DNA of 64,000 bases, taken from NCBI GenBank assembly GCA_963737065.1, contig CAVTRC010000002.1, positions 32,001 through 96,000 of the forward strand. The letters run 5' to 3'. The position numbers and the translations under genes were made by a program. The notes beneath the pieces are model-generated. The model saw nothing but the letters and a program-made list of their open reading frames with translations, did not search any database and was not told where the DNA came from. Shown piece by piece: positions 38,797-50,417 of this stretch. Origin of the DNA: Candidatus Eremiobacteria bacterium (GTDB taxonomy: Bacteria > Vulcanimicrobiota > Vulcanimicrobiia > Vulcanimicrobiales > Vulcanimicrobiaceae). The first letter of the stretch is position 1; each line of letters opens with the position of its first letter.

Positions 38797-39522
38797 TCAG
38801 CCGGCCGCCGCTCGGTCAACGAGCCAAACGAGTCGTCCATCGTGCGGAGCGATGATCTGCGAGGGAAATTTCGTAGCGTCGTCCGCGCCGTCTCGAACTT
38901 CTTTGAGCACGCCGGCTTTGCCGGCACCCTCGGCGGCAAAGACGATCGTGCGCGCGTTGTTCAGTACGCGAGGCGTCAGCGTTATGCGCCACTGTTGGTG
39001 TGACGTCGAATAGACGGCGCGCGCGAGCATGTCGTCGGCCTCGAGCGGATCGTTTCCGGGAAACAACGATGCGGTGTGTCCGTCCGGTCCCATGCCGAGC
39101 ATCACAAGATCGAAGCGCGGTGCTTCGCCGAGCTCGTTCACGATTTCCGCGCGATACGCCGAGGCCGCGTCGACCGGATCTGCTTCGCCATCGATGCGGT
39201 GGACGTTTGGCGCCGGAATTCCGACCTTGGAAAGAAATGCGTCGTTCGCCATTTTATAGTTCGACTGTGCATCACCCGGCGGCACGCACCGCTCGTCGCC
39301 AAAGAAGATCTCGACTTTATTCCAGTCGAGCATCGACGCGTAGGGCGGCGTAGCAAGCAATTCGTATGCCGCCTTCGGCGTCGTTCCGCCTGAGAGTGAC
39401 ACCGCGAAGCGTCCGCGCGCATCGATTGCGCCTTCTCCGCAACGAATAAAAAGATCGGCGAGCGCCTTCGCGACGTCCGCCGGTGTGTCGAAAACGAAGA
39501 TGTCGCCCTTTTCTCGTGTCAT
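38797..39522 (-). CDS. pgl: 6-phosphogluconolactonase
   Basis: LSGGTTP, GDERCVP, LGMGPDGHTASLFP. Confidence 0.95.
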   Translation of the reverse strand: MTREKGDIFVFDTPADVAKALADLFIRCGEGAIDARGRFAVSLSGGTTPKAAYELLATPPYASMLDWNKVEIFFGDERCVPPGDAQSNYKMANDAFLSKVGIPAPNVHRIDGEADPVDAASAYRAEIVNELGEAPRFDLVMLGMGPDGHTASLFPGNDPLEADDMLARAVYSTSHQQWRITLTPRVLNNARTIVFAAEGAGKAGVLKEVRDGADDATKFPSQIIAPHDGRLVWLVDRAAAG

Positions 39523-40499
39523 GCGTGCTTCCGGTCGAGGATTAGCTTCGCCATGGCAAGGGATTCAAGGAAGATCTCGTCTTGAGCGTTCGTGAGAATC
39601 GCGCGCTCGATGAGGGAAGCGATATCGAGCGTATGCAGGGGCGCGCAACGCACGGCGCGCTCTTTGGCGCCCGCAACTTGCAAGCATACCGCTTCCGGAT
39701 CCGTTTCCGTTACCGATGCGGTGAACGTAACGTCCTTCGATGTGAGGACAACGCTCGACAAACGGCGCGCCGTGCCTTCTCGTTGCACGCAAAACCGGAC
39801 CGTCTCGCCGAGGGCGTTACACATCTCATCGGGCGCGCACGGCGTCCACTCGAGGCGGCTCGCAAGCCATCCGAGCAGATAGTACATTTCCGGGTCCGAC
39901 CCGCCGGTAATGCGGACCTCACACAACTGCGCGAGTTCGACGAGGAACTCGGGTTCGTCAAAGAACTCGGCGATCAACTCTTGCCACGCGGTCAGACGCA
40001 AATACGCAACGTCTTGGACGAGAATCGCCGGGTGACGTTCAACAAACGCGACGAGATCCCGCAAAGCCGTTGTATCCGGATCGATCACCGACGTGCTGAC
40101 GACCACGGTGTTGGCGACGTTCGCAAGAGCGACGAAACGCTCGTCGTGCTCGATTTCCATTCCGACCCATGCAAGAACGATCGGGGCTTCCGCAAGCGCG
40201 AGCAGCGAAAGCGCGCTAGCGAGTTGTGCAGCGCTGCTTCCCTTGACGCCCACGTCGACCCATTCGCCGCGCGTCATCGACGGCTCCGCATGCTGATCGC
40301 CTTCGCTTTTCGTTCCATCGAACATCAGCACGCGCGACGGATGCTTTTCCGCAATTGCGCGCGTACGCTGGACGACCCACGATGCTATCGCCGGAGTTTC
40401 GAAGAACACCGCGAGCGTCATCGTCGCAGCTTTCATCGCGCCCTCGCTCGTGCGCGCGGCGCTGAGCTCTTCGACGATGGGATGAACGTCGAGGCTCAC
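39519..40499 (-). CDS. opcA: G6PD assembly protein OpcA
   Basis: HPSR, DVAYLRLTAWQELIA, LLGWLASRLEW; between zwf and pgl. Confidence 0.88.
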   Translation of the reverse strand: MSLDVHPIVEELSAARTSEGAMKAATMTLAVFFETPAIASWVVQRTRAIAEKHPSRVLMFDGTKSEGDQHAEPSMTRGEWVDVGVKGSSAAQLASALSLLALAEAPIVLAWVGMEIEHDERFVALANVANTVVVSTSVIDPDTTALRDLVAFVERHPAILVQDVAYLRLTAWQELIAEFFDEPEFLVELAQLCEVRITGGSDPEMYYLLGWLASRLEWTPCAPDEMCNALGETVRFCVQREGTARRLSSVVLTSKDVTFTASVTETDPEAVCLQVAGAKERAVRCAPLHTLDIASLIERAILTNAQDEIFLESLAMAKLILDRKHA

Positions 40500-42055
40500 A
40501 GCGCGCGCCATCCCGGGAACAGCTTCATCGCTGATTCGGGGCCTTGCGAACCGGCCGCATAATTGGGGAACGTGAAATCCTTCGTGTTCTGCCACACGTC
40601 AAGAACCGGCATGACGATTTCCCACGCGTGTTCGACGGCATCCCATCGCGTGAACAGCGTTTGATCGCCGCGCATTGCATCGCCGATCAATCGCTCGTAC
40701 GCCGGCGGCGACTGGACGCCGAAACCGGTGCCATAGTTGAAATCCATGAAGACGCTGCGAATGTGACTCTTCGGGCCCGGAACCTTCGCAGAGAAGCGCA
40801 TCGTCACGCCCTCTTCCGGCTCGATCTTCATGACGAGCACGTTGGGTTCGATGGTATCGGTCGTCTCACCGTAAATGCGATGGGGAATCGGCTTGAACGT
40901 TACGGCGATGTCCGACGTTTTTTTCGCAAGGCGCTTACCGCTGCGCAAATAGAACGGCACGCCGGCCCACCGCCAATTCTCGATGACCAACTTCACCGCG
41001 GCGAACGTCTCGGTGTTCGATTGCGGGTTGACGTCGGGCTCTTCACGGTAGCCTTTTACCGGCTTGTCGTCGATTGTGCCGGGCCCGTATTGGCCGCGCG
41101 CGGACATCTGCGACACGTCGCCGATCAGCGGCGGCGCGATCGCCGAGAGCACCTTTGCCTTCTCCGCGCGGATCGCGTCGGCGTCGCGGCTTGCAGGCGG
41201 TTCCATCGCAACGAGCGCGAGCAAATTCATGACATGGTTCTGAATCATGTCGCGCAACGCGCCCGCGTTATCGTAATAGCCGCCGCGCAGTTCCACGCCG
41301 ATTTTTTCGGCCGCGGTGATTTGCACCGACTCGACGTAGTTACGATTCCACACCGGCTCGAAAATCGTGTTGGCAAAGCGCAGCGCCATGATGTCTTGCA
41401 CCGGTTCTTTGCCGAGATAGTGATCGATGCGGTAAATCGCGCTTTCTGGGAAAACGCGCTCGACGGTCGCTTGCAAGACGCGCGCGGATTCGAGATCGGT
41501 ACCGAACGGTTTCTCCACGATGATCCGGGACCAGCCGAGCTGACCTTCGTGCGGATTGAGATCCGCTTCTTTGAGCTGATCGATGATCACCGGAAACACG
41601 GATGGCGGCGTCGAGAGGTAGAAGAGGCGATTCCCCTTTGTCCCGAGTCGATCGTCATTGTCGTGAAGCCGCTGCGCTAACGTCGCGTAACAGTTCTGAT
41701 CGTTGAAATCGGCCGTGATATAGCTCAAGCGCTTTGCGAAATCTTCCCAAACGGCGGCCTGCGGTTTCGCGTCGTCGGGAGCAAAGATGTCGAGTTGTTC
41801 TTTGCAGTACTTGCGAAAGTCGTCGTCACTGAATTGCGTGCGCGAAAATCCGACGATCGCAAAATCGTTCGGGAGAATCCCACGCACGCGCAGGGAGTAC
41901 ATCGCCGGCAGCAGCATGCGCTTGAACAGGTCGCCGCTTGCACCGAAGAACACGACGTTGCACGGATCGGTGATGCGATCGGTCTGCAAACCCGCACGAA
42001 GCGGGTTTGTCATACCTTTGCCGTCGGTCGAAACCGTCGCTACCGCATCAGCCAT
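40496..42055 (-). CDS. zwf: Glucose-6-phosphate dehydrogenase
   Basis: FGASGDL, EKPFG, RIDHYLGKE, RWAGVPFYLRSGK. Confidence 0.97.
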   Translation of the reverse strand: MADAVATVSTDGKGMTNPLRAGLQTDRITDPCNVVFFGASGDLFKRMLLPAMYSLRVRGILPNDFAIVGFSRTQFSDDDFRKYCKEQLDIFAPDDAKPQAAVWEDFAKRLSYITADFNDQNCYATLAQRLHDNDDRLGTKGNRLFYLSTPPSVFPVIIDQLKEADLNPHEGQLGWSRIIVEKPFGTDLESARVLQATVERVFPESAIYRIDHYLGKEPVQDIMALRFANTIFEPVWNRNYVESVQITAAEKIGVELRGGYYDNAGALRDMIQNHVMNLLALVAMEPPASRDADAIRAEKAKVLSAIAPPLIGDVSQMSARGQYGPGTIDDKPVKGYREEPDVNPQSNTETFAAVKLVIENWRWAGVPFYLRSGKRLAKKTSDIAVTFKPIPHRIYGETTDTIEPNVLVMKIEPEEGVTMRFSAKVPGPKSHIRSVFMDFNYGTGFGVQSPPAYERLIGDAMRGDQTLFTRWDAVEHAWEIVMPVLDVWQNTKDFTFPNYAAGSQGPESAMKLFPGWRAL

Positions 42056-42065
42056 ATGCCGGGTC

Positions 42066-44906
42066 CTACGCGCGTGCCGAAAGGGCGTCGTCAACCGCGC
42101 CGATCAGCGCGCGCAAAGCGCTCTCCGTGTCGCCTTTGAGATGGATCCGAGCGCCGCGCCGGTTCCGTTTATCGAGCGACTGCAGATCGCCGAGTGCCTG
42201 CGCCGCAAGCAGCGTGCGGAATCCAACGTTCATTCCCGGTATTTGAGGATCGCTGGGTTCATCATCGGTCAACTGCAGCATGACCGCTGAATTCGGTCCG
42301 CCCTTGTGCAGTTGCCCGGTGGAGTGCAGGAAACGCGGGCCGAAGCCGACGGTCGTTGCGACATGCTCCGCTTTGCGGATCTTCAGTCGCAACTCGTCGA
42401 GGAGTTCGAGGTGCTTCGGGTTGCGCGCGATGTACGCGCAGATCGCAACGTAATCGCCGACGCACAATTGCCCAAAGACGTAGCTCAACGCGGAACCGAC
42501 GGTCGTAGAGTCGCCGTTTTTGCTGCCGGAAAGAAACGTGATATCGTAACGATCGCCGGACACGTCGGCCGCGGGTTCGGGGATCGATCCGTTCTGCGCA
42601 TACTGCTCCAGCAGCGCTTTCGTATTGTCTTTCGACTCTTGTACGTTCGGCTGGTCGAACGCGTTGATGCCCAGAATGCTGCCGGCCGCCGCCGTCGCGA
42701 TTTCCCACGTGTAGAACTGTTCGCCGAGATCGTATTCGTCATTCGTGGCGAGGCGAATGACCGGATGACCCGCGTTCTCTAAATCGCGGAGCTTCTCGTC
42801 GACGCCCGGGCTCGGATCCGGCATGTTCGATCCGACGTACACGAAGATCCGATCGGGCCCATAGACATCGATGGTTCCCAGTTCCTCGCCCTCGATCGGG
42901 ACGATGCCTTTGCCGAGTTTTCCGGTCGATTCGGCGATCAACTGTTCCGCCCACGCGCCAAATGCAGCGACGTCGGGGTGCGTGACGATCGTTAACTTAT
43001 TGCGGCCGCTTGCGGCGAGCCCGCCGATCGCTGCGCCAAAGCGCACGCCGGGCGCGAGCTTCGGATCGACGTTCTTGTCGTTTGCGTGCATTGCGCCCAG
43101 GCCGCGGTCGAGCAGCAGCGTTACGTCGTAGCCCGCGAGCGCGGCCGGAACGATACCGAAGAACGAGAGCGCGGAGTAGCGGCCGCCGATGTTCGGATCG
43201 TTTTCGAAAATCCGGCGGAACTTGTGCCCGCGCGCGACGTCGACCATCTTTGTGCCCGGATCGGTGATGGCGATGAAACGGTCTCCCGCTTTTTCTGCGC
43301 CGAACCGCTTCGCGATCTTTCCATAGTAGTAGGCGAAAAATGCGTTCGGCTCCGTAGTCGTTCCACTTTTGCTCGCAACGATGAAAAGCGTCTCGTCGAG
43401 ATTGATCTTTTCGTTCAGTTCTTCGATTTGCGAGGGCGCCGTCGAGTCCAGGACGTGCAGTTGCGGCCACCCGTCCATTTGGCCGAACGTATCCGACATA
43501 ACGTCAGGGGCGAGCGAACTACCGCCCATGCCGAGCACGACGACGTGGTCGAATTCCCGCTTCACATCCTGCGCGAACGCCAGCAGATCGGGAACGTGCT
43601 CCATTAAATGTTGCGGAATATCAAGCCATCCGAGTGCGTGCTTGATAATATCGGCTGCCTGCGCGTCGTTCGACCACAGCGACGGATCTTTCGCCCACAG
43701 TTTCTTGAGGAAGTCGGCTTTCGTCAGTTTGTCGAGCGCCTCGTCGTAGTGCGACGAGTTCTCGCCGAGCGCGAGCGCGACGCGCTCCGCTCCGCCCCGG
43801 AGCTGATTTTGCTTGTAAACGATTGCGCCCATCAGCGCGGCAAACGAATCCGAAAACGATGAGACGCCTTCGATCTGCAGCTGACACGTCACGTCGAAGA
43901 GCGAGATATTCGCCTCTTGCAATTGCTTCATGATCGAACGCGCTTCGTCGACGCCGTGCTCGACGGTATCCGGCACGACGTTGCCATGATCGAGCAGCGC
44001 ATCGAGCGTGTTGGGTGGCATCGTGTTCACCGTGTTCTTTCCGATCACCGGCTCGACGTACATCAGATCCGGATACGCGGGGTTCTTCGTCGACGTGCTG
44101 GCCCAGAGCGGCCGCTGTACTTGCGCGCCGGCATGGCGTACTTTCGAGAAATCGCCGCCTTCGAAGATCTCCTTGAAGCGCTGATAAGTGAGCTTCAAAT
44201 TCGCCGTTCCTGCTTTTCCGAGCAGCGATTGGAGTTTCGTCTCACCTTTGTCGATCTTCGCCTGCAGCAATTTGTCGACGGCCGTGTCGATTCGGCTTAC
44301 GAAGACCGAGTTGACCGAGCGGATCCGTTCGACCGGCTTCCCTTCGGCAACGCGGCGCTCGAGGCCCTTGATGTACGCGCGCGCTGTTTTTTCGTACATT
44401 TCGATCGCGAAGATCAACGTCACGTTGATGTTCAGTCCTTCGTAGATGCACTCTTCGATGGCGGCAACGCCCGCGTTCGTACCCGGAATCTTCACCATGA
44501 GGTTTGGACGGTCGACGCGCTGCCACAGAGACTTGGCGTTCGCAATGGTACCTTGCGTGTCGTTCGCGAGCAGCGGCGAGACTTCTAAACTGACGAAGCC
44601 GTCATTACCGCCCGAAGAATCATAGACGCCGCGGAACGCGTCGCACGCGCTCTGGATGTCTTGCACCGCAAGCTCCCAGAACAGCGTGTTTGCGTCGGTC
44701 TCTTCTTGAATCAGCGAGCGGAGTTGATCGTCGTAATCGTTTCCCGTGCCGATTGCTTTCTCGAAGATCGTTGGGTTGCTCGTCATTCCGCGCAGGCCTT
44801 GATCGATCAATCGCTTCAGCTCGCCGGAGGCGAACATCCCGCGGCGCAGATTGTCGAGCCACACGCTCTGACCGGCGGCCAGCAGTTGTTCCAATTGGTT
44901 GCTCAC
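42066..44906 (-). CDS. Bifunctional transaldolase / phosphoglucose isomerase
   Basis: GMTSNPTIF, MVKIP, RPLWASTSTK; then GMGGSSL, SKSGTT, GGRYS, EQLIAESTGK, QPNVQESK. Confidence 0.95.
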   Translation of the reverse strand: MSNQLEQLLAAGQSVWLDNLRRGMFASGELKRLIDQGLRGMTSNPTIFEKAIGTGNDYDDQLRSLIQEETDANTLFWELAVQDIQSACDAFRGVYDSSGGNDGFVSLEVSPLLANDTQGTIANAKSLWQRVDRPNLMVKIPGTNAGVAAIEECIYEGLNINVTLIFAIEMYEKTARAYIKGLERRVAEGKPVERIRSVNSVFVSRIDTAVDKLLQAKIDKGETKLQSLLGKAGTANLKLTYQRFKEIFEGGDFSKVRHAGAQVQRPLWASTSTKNPAYPDLMYVEPVIGKNTVNTMPPNTLDALLDHGNVVPDTVEHGVDEARSIMKQLQEANISLFDVTCQLQIEGVSSFSDSFAALMGAIVYKQNQLRGGAERVALALGENSSHYDEALDKLTKADFLKKLWAKDPSLWSNDAQAADIIKHALGWLDIPQHLMEHVPDLLAFAQDVKREFDHVVVLGMGGSSLAPDVMSDTFGQMDGWPQLHVLDSTAPSQIEELNEKINLDETLFIVASKSGTTTEPNAFFAYYYGKIAKRFGAEKAGDRFIAITDPGTKMVDVARGHKFRRIFENDPNIGGRYSALSFFGIVPAALAGYDVTLLLDRGLGAMHANDKNVDPKLAPGVRFGAAIGGLAASGRNKLTIVTHPDVAAFGAWAEQLIAESTGKLGKGIVPIEGEELGTIDVYGPDRIFVYVGSNMPDPSPGVDEKLRDLENAGHPVIRLATNDEYDLGEQFYTWEIATAAAGSILGINAFDQPNVQESKDNTKALLEQYAQNGSIPEPAADVSGDRYDITFLSGSKNGDSTTVGSALSYVFGQLCVGDYVAICAYIARNPKHLELLDELRLKIRKAEHVATTVGFGPRFLHSTGQLHKGGPNSAVMLQLTDDEPSDPQIPGMNVGFRTLLAAQALGDLQSLDKRNRRGARIHLKGDTESALRALIGAVDDALSARA

Positions 44907-44935
44907 GATGATCTCCTAGTCGTCGGAATGCGATT

Positions 44936-46939
44936 TTAATGCGTAGCGAGTGCGAACTGTTCGAGTGCGACATGCGCGATATTGTCGGCGGTGAATCCGA
45001 ACGCTTTCGCAATGGCCGCTGCCGGAGCCGAACGCCCAAAATGATCGATTCCGAATGCAAAACCGCGGTCGCCGACCCATTGTTTCCATCCGAACGTCGC
45101 GCCCGCTTCGATCGACATACGAGCGGTGACGGCGGGCGGCAGGACGTCATCGCGGTACGATTCCGGCTGCTGCGCAAAGAGTTCCCAGCAGGGCATCGAG
45201 ACGACCCGCGTTGCAACGCCCCTGCCGTCGAGAATCTTCTTCGCGTCGATTGCGAGCGACACTTCCGATCCGGTGGCAATGAGGATCAGATCCGCCGTTC
45301 CTTGCGCATCAGCGATCACGTACGCGCCGCGCGCGACGTCGGCGTTGCGCTGACCGAGGAACGGCACTTTCTGACGCGTGAGGACGAGCGCCCACGGACA
45401 CCCGCTCTTCGGATCGATCGCGAGTTTCCACGCGGCTTCCGTTTCGAGCGCATCCGCCGGGCGCACGACCCGAATATTCGGCATCGCGCGCAGCATGGCG
45501 AGCTGCTCGACCGGTTCGTGCGTCGGACCGTCTTCGCCGAGAAAGACGGAGTCGTGCGTGAAGACGAAGATCGCGTGTAGTTCCGTAAGCGCGCACAGAC
45601 GCAACGCCGGTTTCAAATAATCGACGAAGTTGAAGAACGTCGCGCAGAACGGCATCAATCCGCCGTGTAATGCGATGCCGTTCGTCGCGGCCGCCATGCC
45701 GTGTTCGCGGACGCCGTAGTGAATATTGCGTCCGGCATAGTTGCCCGGCTCGAAGTCGCCCTCTCCTTTGAGGTAGGTCTTCGTGGACGGATCGAGGTCG
45801 GCAGAACCGCCGACGAGTTCGGGCAGCGTTGCGGCAATTGCGTTCATCACCGTGCCGCCTGCGTCGCGCGTCGCAATGTTGCCGTTCTCCGCGGTGAACG
45901 TCGGCCATGGAAGCGACGAAGGTAGGTCGCCGCGCAGCGTGCGTTCGAGTTGCGCCGCAAGTTCGCCGTTCTGCGCTTTCCATTGATCGAATGTCTTCTG
46001 CCACTGCGCTTCTGCTTGCGCACCCTTGTCCGAGAGCGACCGGTAGAACTGCAGCACGTCGTCGGGAACGTAGAAATCGGGCTCCAGCGGCCAGCCGAGA
46101 AATTCTTTCGTCTTCTTGACGTTCTCCGGGCCGAGCGGTTCACCGTGGCTCTTGTAGTTGTCTTGCAGCGGCGAACCGTAGCCAATATGCGTGCGAACCG
46201 CGATAAGCGACGGGCGATCGATCACGTTCTTCGCGACCGTAATCGCCTGATCGATTGAATCTACATCGTTTGCATGATCGGCATCGATCAGTTGCGTGTG
46301 CCAGCCGCTTGCGTCGAATCGCGCGACCGCATCGTCGGTAAACGTCACGTCGGTTGGTCCCGCGAGGGAAACGCGATTGTCGTCGTAGAGTACGATGAGC
46401 TTTCCCAGTTGTAAGTGTCCGGCGAGCGAGAGCGCCTCTTGACTGATACCTTCCATGAGGTCGCCGTCGCCGACCAGCGCATACGTATAATGATCGACGA
46501 TGTTCGCGTCGCTGCGATTGTACACGGCCGCGAGATGCGCTTCGGCAATCGCCATGCCGACCGCATTGCCGATGCCTTGACCGAGCGGTCCGGTCGTTGC
46601 CTCGACGCCGGGAGTGTGTCCCGCTTCCGGGTGCCCGGGCGTCTTGCTATTGAGTTGGCGGAAGGCCTTGATGTCGTCGAGCGTCAAGCCGTACCCGGTA
46701 AGGTAGAGCAACGCGTAGAGCAGCATCGACCCGTGGCCCGCTGAGAGAACGAAGCGGTCGCGGTCGAACCAGTGCGGGTCCTTTGCGTTGAACTTGAGAT
46801 GGCGCGACCACAGTGCGTACGCCATCGCCGCCGCACCGAGCGGCAGCCCCGGATGTCCGGAGTTTGCTTTCTGGACCGCATCGACCGCTAAAAATCGGAT
46901 AGCGTTGATTCGCTGTTCATCGACCGGCGAGTTGGCCAC
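44936..46939 (-). CDS. tkt: Transketolase
   Basis: [37 protein letters not shown] before GTG 46939. Confidence 0.97.
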   Translation of the reverse strand: MANSPVDEQRINAIRFLAVDAVQKANSGHPGLPLGAAAMAYALWSRHLKFNAKDPHWFDRDRFVLSAGHGSMLLYALLYLTGYGLTLDDIKAFRQLNSKTPGHPEAGHTPGVEATTGPLGQGIGNAVGMAIAEAHLAAVYNRSDANIVDHYTYALVGDGDLMEGISQEALSLAGHLQLGKLIVLYDDNRVSLAGPTDVTFTDDAVARFDASGWHTQLIDADHANDVDSIDQAITVAKNVIDRPSLIAVRTHIGYGSPLQDNYKSHGEPLGPENVKKTKEFLGWPLEPDFYVPDDVLQFYRSLSDKGAQAEAQWQKTFDQWKAQNGELAAQLERTLRGDLPSSLPWPTFTAENGNIATRDAGGTVMNAIAATLPELVGGSADLDPSTKTYLKGEGDFEPGNYAGRNIHYGVREHGMAAATNGIALHGGLMPFCATFFNFVDYLKPALRLCALTELHAIFVFTHDSVFLGEDGPTHEPVEQLAMLRAMPNIRVVRPADALETEAAWKLAIDPKSGCPWALVLTRQKVPFLGQRNADVARGAYVIADAQGTADLILIATGSEVSLAIDAKKILDGRGVATRVVSMPCWELFAQQPESYRDDVLPPAVTARMSIEAGATFGWKQWVGDRGFAFGIDHFGRSAPAAAIAKAFGFTADNIAHVALEQFALATH

Positions 46940-47060
46940 GAGTACTCCTTCGCAAACGACAAACGGGACCGGATAATTCGCTCCCACACTCGGTTCTTAC
47001 CCCTGCTTGAAACATGCGAGAATGAAAGCCAACGCGGCGAGGCGTATCGGTAGGGCCGGT

Positions 47061-47888
47061 ATGCAGATCGATTCGGCATGCGAGCGCATCGAAGCGCTTG
47101 CCGCGGGCAACGGTGACGTTCGTGGCGCCGGCGGACGCGTTGTCGACGACGTGATCGACGCGCTCGACGTCGGCGCGTTACGCGTTGCGCAACCGGATGG
47201 TGACGCTTGGCGGGTCAATGCGTGGGTGAAGCAGGCGATACTGCTCTATTTTGCGCGCCGCCACGTCGCCTGGATGGGACATCGCGATCGCGATGCGCTC
47301 GTCTTTTACGACAAGCTTCCGGTAAAGCGCAACTATAAGAAGCTCGGCGTGCGGTGCGTCCCGCCGGGGGTCGCACGGTACGGCAGCTTCCTGGGTCGCG
47401 GAGTAATTCTGATGCCCGGGTACGTGAACATCGGCGCGTACGTCGATGAAGGTTCAATGGTCGACACTTGGGCGACCGTCGGCTCGTGTGCGCAGATCGG
47501 CAGAGGCGTTCACCTTTCGGGCGGTGTCGGCATAGGCGGCGTGCTGGAACCGCCGCAAGCGGCGCCGGTCATCGTTGAAGACGGTGCATTCATCGGCTCG
47601 CGCTGTATCGTCGTTGAAGGCGTGCGTGTGGGCCGTGAAGCCGTCCTCGGCGCCGGCGTCGTGCTCACGGCAAGCACGCCGATCGTCGACGTCCGCGGAT
47701 CCGTCCCGGAGACGACGAAGGGCAGCGTCCCTTCGCGCGCCGTCGTGATTCCCGGAACAATTCCAAAGCACTTTCCCGCGGGCGAGTTCGGCGTACCGTG
47801 CGCGTTAATCATCGGCACGCGAAGCGAAGCAACCGATCGCAAAACGTCGCTCAACGCGGCGTTGCGCGACTATGAGGTTGCAGTCTAA
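47061..47888 (+). CDS. dapD: Tetrahydrodipicolinate N-succinyltransferase
   Basis: NAWVKQAILLYF, YDK, VNIGAYVD, DTWATVGSCAQIG, GGVLEP. Confidence 0.95.
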   Translation: MQIDSACERIEALAAGNGDVRGAGGRVVDDVIDALDVGALRVAQPDGDAWRVNAWVKQAILLYFARRHVAWMGHRDRDALVFYDKLPVKRNYKKLGVRCVPPGVARYGSFLGRGVILMPGYVNIGAYVDEGSMVDTWATVGSCAQIGRGVHLSGGVGIGGVLEPPQAAPVIVEDGAFIGSRCIVVEGVRVGREAVLGAGVVLTASTPIVDVRGSVPETTKGSVPSRAVVIPGTIPKHFPAGEFGVPCALIIGTRSEATDRKTSLNAALRDYEVAV

Positions 47889-49019
47889 TTGAATCCGCGC
47901 GTCCTCGATATTCCCGGATCGTTGATCCGCGAAGTGGCAAGCAAGAAGCGCGCAACTTCGATCGATCTCGGCCTCGGCGAGCCGTCCCTCAAACCGAACC
48001 CGGCGCACTTTACCGCCGCGATGAACTATATCGCAGAACACGGCATCAAATACACGCACAATGCCGGCGACGGCGCGCTACGCGAAGCGATTGCCCGCCA
48101 TTACGACTACCCGGGCATGCACAATAGCTCGAACGTCTGCATTACGACGGGGTCGCAAGAAGCGATGTACGTGGCGCTCAAAACGCTCCTCGATCCCTCG
48201 CACGATGAGTTACTCGTCATCGATCCGTCGTTTCCCTCATACGTGAAGATGGCGAGCCTGGAAGGCGTTGCCGTGCGTAGCGTTGCGATGTCCGAGGACG
48301 ATGACTTCGCTTTCGATGCCGAACGCATTGCCGCCGCGATCTCGGATCGCACGCGCGCGATCGTCATCTGTTCGCCGAATAATCCGACGGGACGCGTCAT
48401 CGATCGCGCGCAAGCCGGAATGCTCGTCGCCGCACTGGAGCAACGCGGCGGAGAGCCGGTGTGGCTCATTCACGACGAAATCTATCGCGAGCAAACCTTC
48501 GTCGACAACGAAGCCTACCTCGCGGAACGCTATCCGTATACGATCGTTACGAATTCCGTCAGTAAGAGCAATGCGTTGACCGGGTTACGGCTCGGATGGA
48601 TCATCGCGCCGCATGAATTTATTCAGCAGGCGATCAAAGCGCATGCCTGGGTGACGTCATGCGCCGATACGTTCGCGCAGCAGGTCGCGCTGAACGTCTT
48701 TACGACGCTCGGCGGAGTCAGCGAGCAGGCGTCGTGGTATCGCGCGCAATTGCGCGGCGTCGTTGAAGCGCTCGAATCAAGCGGTCTGCGCTACATCAAA
48801 CCGGAGGGTAGCTTCTACGCGTGCGTGCGGCTTCCGCGCGGCATTGCATCGCTCGACGGCGCATTGCAGTTATTAGAAGATCATGACGTGCTTGCGATTC
48901 CGGGTTCAGCCTTCGGTGAGTGCTTCGAAGGATGGCTGCGGTTAAGTTGGGTCGCGCCGCTCGATAGCGTGCACGAAGGCATCCGGCGCATCGCAAAGTT
49001 CGTCGGAGAGTTTGTATGA
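47889..49019 (+). CDS. Class I/II PLP-dependent aminotransferase
   Basis: LGLGEP, SPNNPTG, DEIY, SVSKSNALTGLRLGW. Confidence 0.9.
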   Translation: MNPRVLDIPGSLIREVASKKRATSIDLGLGEPSLKPNPAHFTAAMNYIAEHGIKYTHNAGDGALREAIARHYDYPGMHNSSNVCITTGSQEAMYVALKTLLDPSHDELLVIDPSFPSYVKMASLEGVAVRSVAMSEDDDFAFDAERIAAAISDRTRAIVICSPNNPTGRVIDRAQAGMLVAALEQRGGEPVWLIHDEIYREQTFVDNEAYLAERYPYTIVTNSVSKSNALTGLRLGWIIAPHEFIQQAIKAHAWVTSCADTFAQQVALNVFTTLGGVSEQASWYRAQLRGVVEALESSGLRYIKPEGSFYACVRLPRGIASLDGALQLLEDHDVLAIPGSAFGECFEGWLRLSWVAPLDSVHEGIRRIAKFVGEFV

Positions 49020-49036
49020 ACGATGCTGCGGCGACG

Positions 49037-50417
49037 TTAGGAGCTGACTGATACGGTTTGGATATTTGTGAACTCGTGAATGCCAAAGTGGGAGAGCTCG
49101 CGGCCGTGCCCGCTGCGTTTGATACCACCAAACGGTAAACGCGAATCGCTCGCGACGATGTTGTTGACGAACACCATACCGGCTTCGATATCGCGCGCAA
49201 GCGTCTGCGCTTTGTCGATGTCGCTCGTGTGAATCGAGCAGCCGAGACCGTAGCTCGAACGATTCGCGAGATCTACTGCCTCACGCGCGTCGTGTGCGCG
49301 CACCACGGCCGCCGCCGGGCCGAACGTTTCTTCATCGAACATCCGCATGCCGGGGCGCACGTCCGAGACGATCGTCGGAAGATAGAAGTTGCCGGCTTCG
49401 TTGATGGGCGCTCCGCCGAGTACGAGCCGGCCACCCGTGTCAACCGTTGCCTCAACTTGCTCGTGCAGCGTTTTCCTGAGATCGGAGCGCGCAACGGGGC
49501 CAAGATCGGTCGACTCCTCCATTGGATTTCCGATGGTTTGCTCACCCGCAAGTTCGACGAAGCGCTCCACGAAACGGTCGTAGACCGCATCTTCCACAAT
49601 GAAACGCTTTGCCGCGATGCAGCTTTGACCGTTGTTCTGAAAGCGCCCCTGCACGGCACGCTTGGCGGTTGCATCCAGGTCGGCATCGGCGAGCACGATA
49701 AAGGCGTCGCTGCCGCCGAGTTCGAGCACGGCGGTCTTCAGTTGCGATCCCGCTGCGGTCGCAATCGCGACGCCCGCGCGTTCGCTTCCGGTTAGTGTCG
49801 CGCCGACGACGCGGTCGTCGGCAATGAGCGCGTTTGCATCCTCGTGACCGATGACGAGCGTCGCCAGCAGTCCATCCGGTGCGCCGGATTCTTTGAAGAG
49901 ACGCTCGATTTCCAGTGCGCAGCGCGTCGTGTTTTCCGCGTGTTTGAGCAACATCGTGTTGCCTGCCATGAGGGCTGGAACCGCGGCGCGGAAGACCTGC
50001 CAGAACGGGAAGTTCCACGGCATGATCGCAAGAATGACGCCGAGCGGACGGAACGCCGCGTAGCTTTTCTGCGCGCTGCTATCCATCGGCAGGTCGGCGA
50101 GCATCGCGCCGGCATGCTGTGCGAAGTACTCACAGCAGATCGCGCATTTTTCAATCTCCGCGCGCGCCTGCAGCAGCGGCTTTCCCATCTCGCGAACCGC
50201 AGTTCGCGCGAGTTGTTCTTTTTCCGATCTCAGCGCGCTCGCGATCCGAACGAATACGCCGGCGCGAGTATCGACCGTCGCGCTCCGCCACTGGGCGAAT
50301 CGGTCGTGCGCCGCATTGAGCGGCAGCATCGATCTGATTGCGGTCCGCGCGCGGAATCCGTTCGATCTGTTCGCCCGTCGAAGGATCGATCGTCGTGACG
50401 GCCTGCAACGTGTTCAT
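49037..50417 (-). CDS. NAD(P)-dependent aldehyde dehydrogenase (SSADH-like), +1 frameshift near 50322
   Basis: MPWNFP, LTGS, LELGGSD, NNGQSCIA, EETFGP; N-terminus MNTLQAVTTIDPSTGE is in another frame. Confidence 0.9.

Noticed and set aside
42066..44906. tal-pgi fusion as a novelty
   Set aside because: Already known from several bacterial groups
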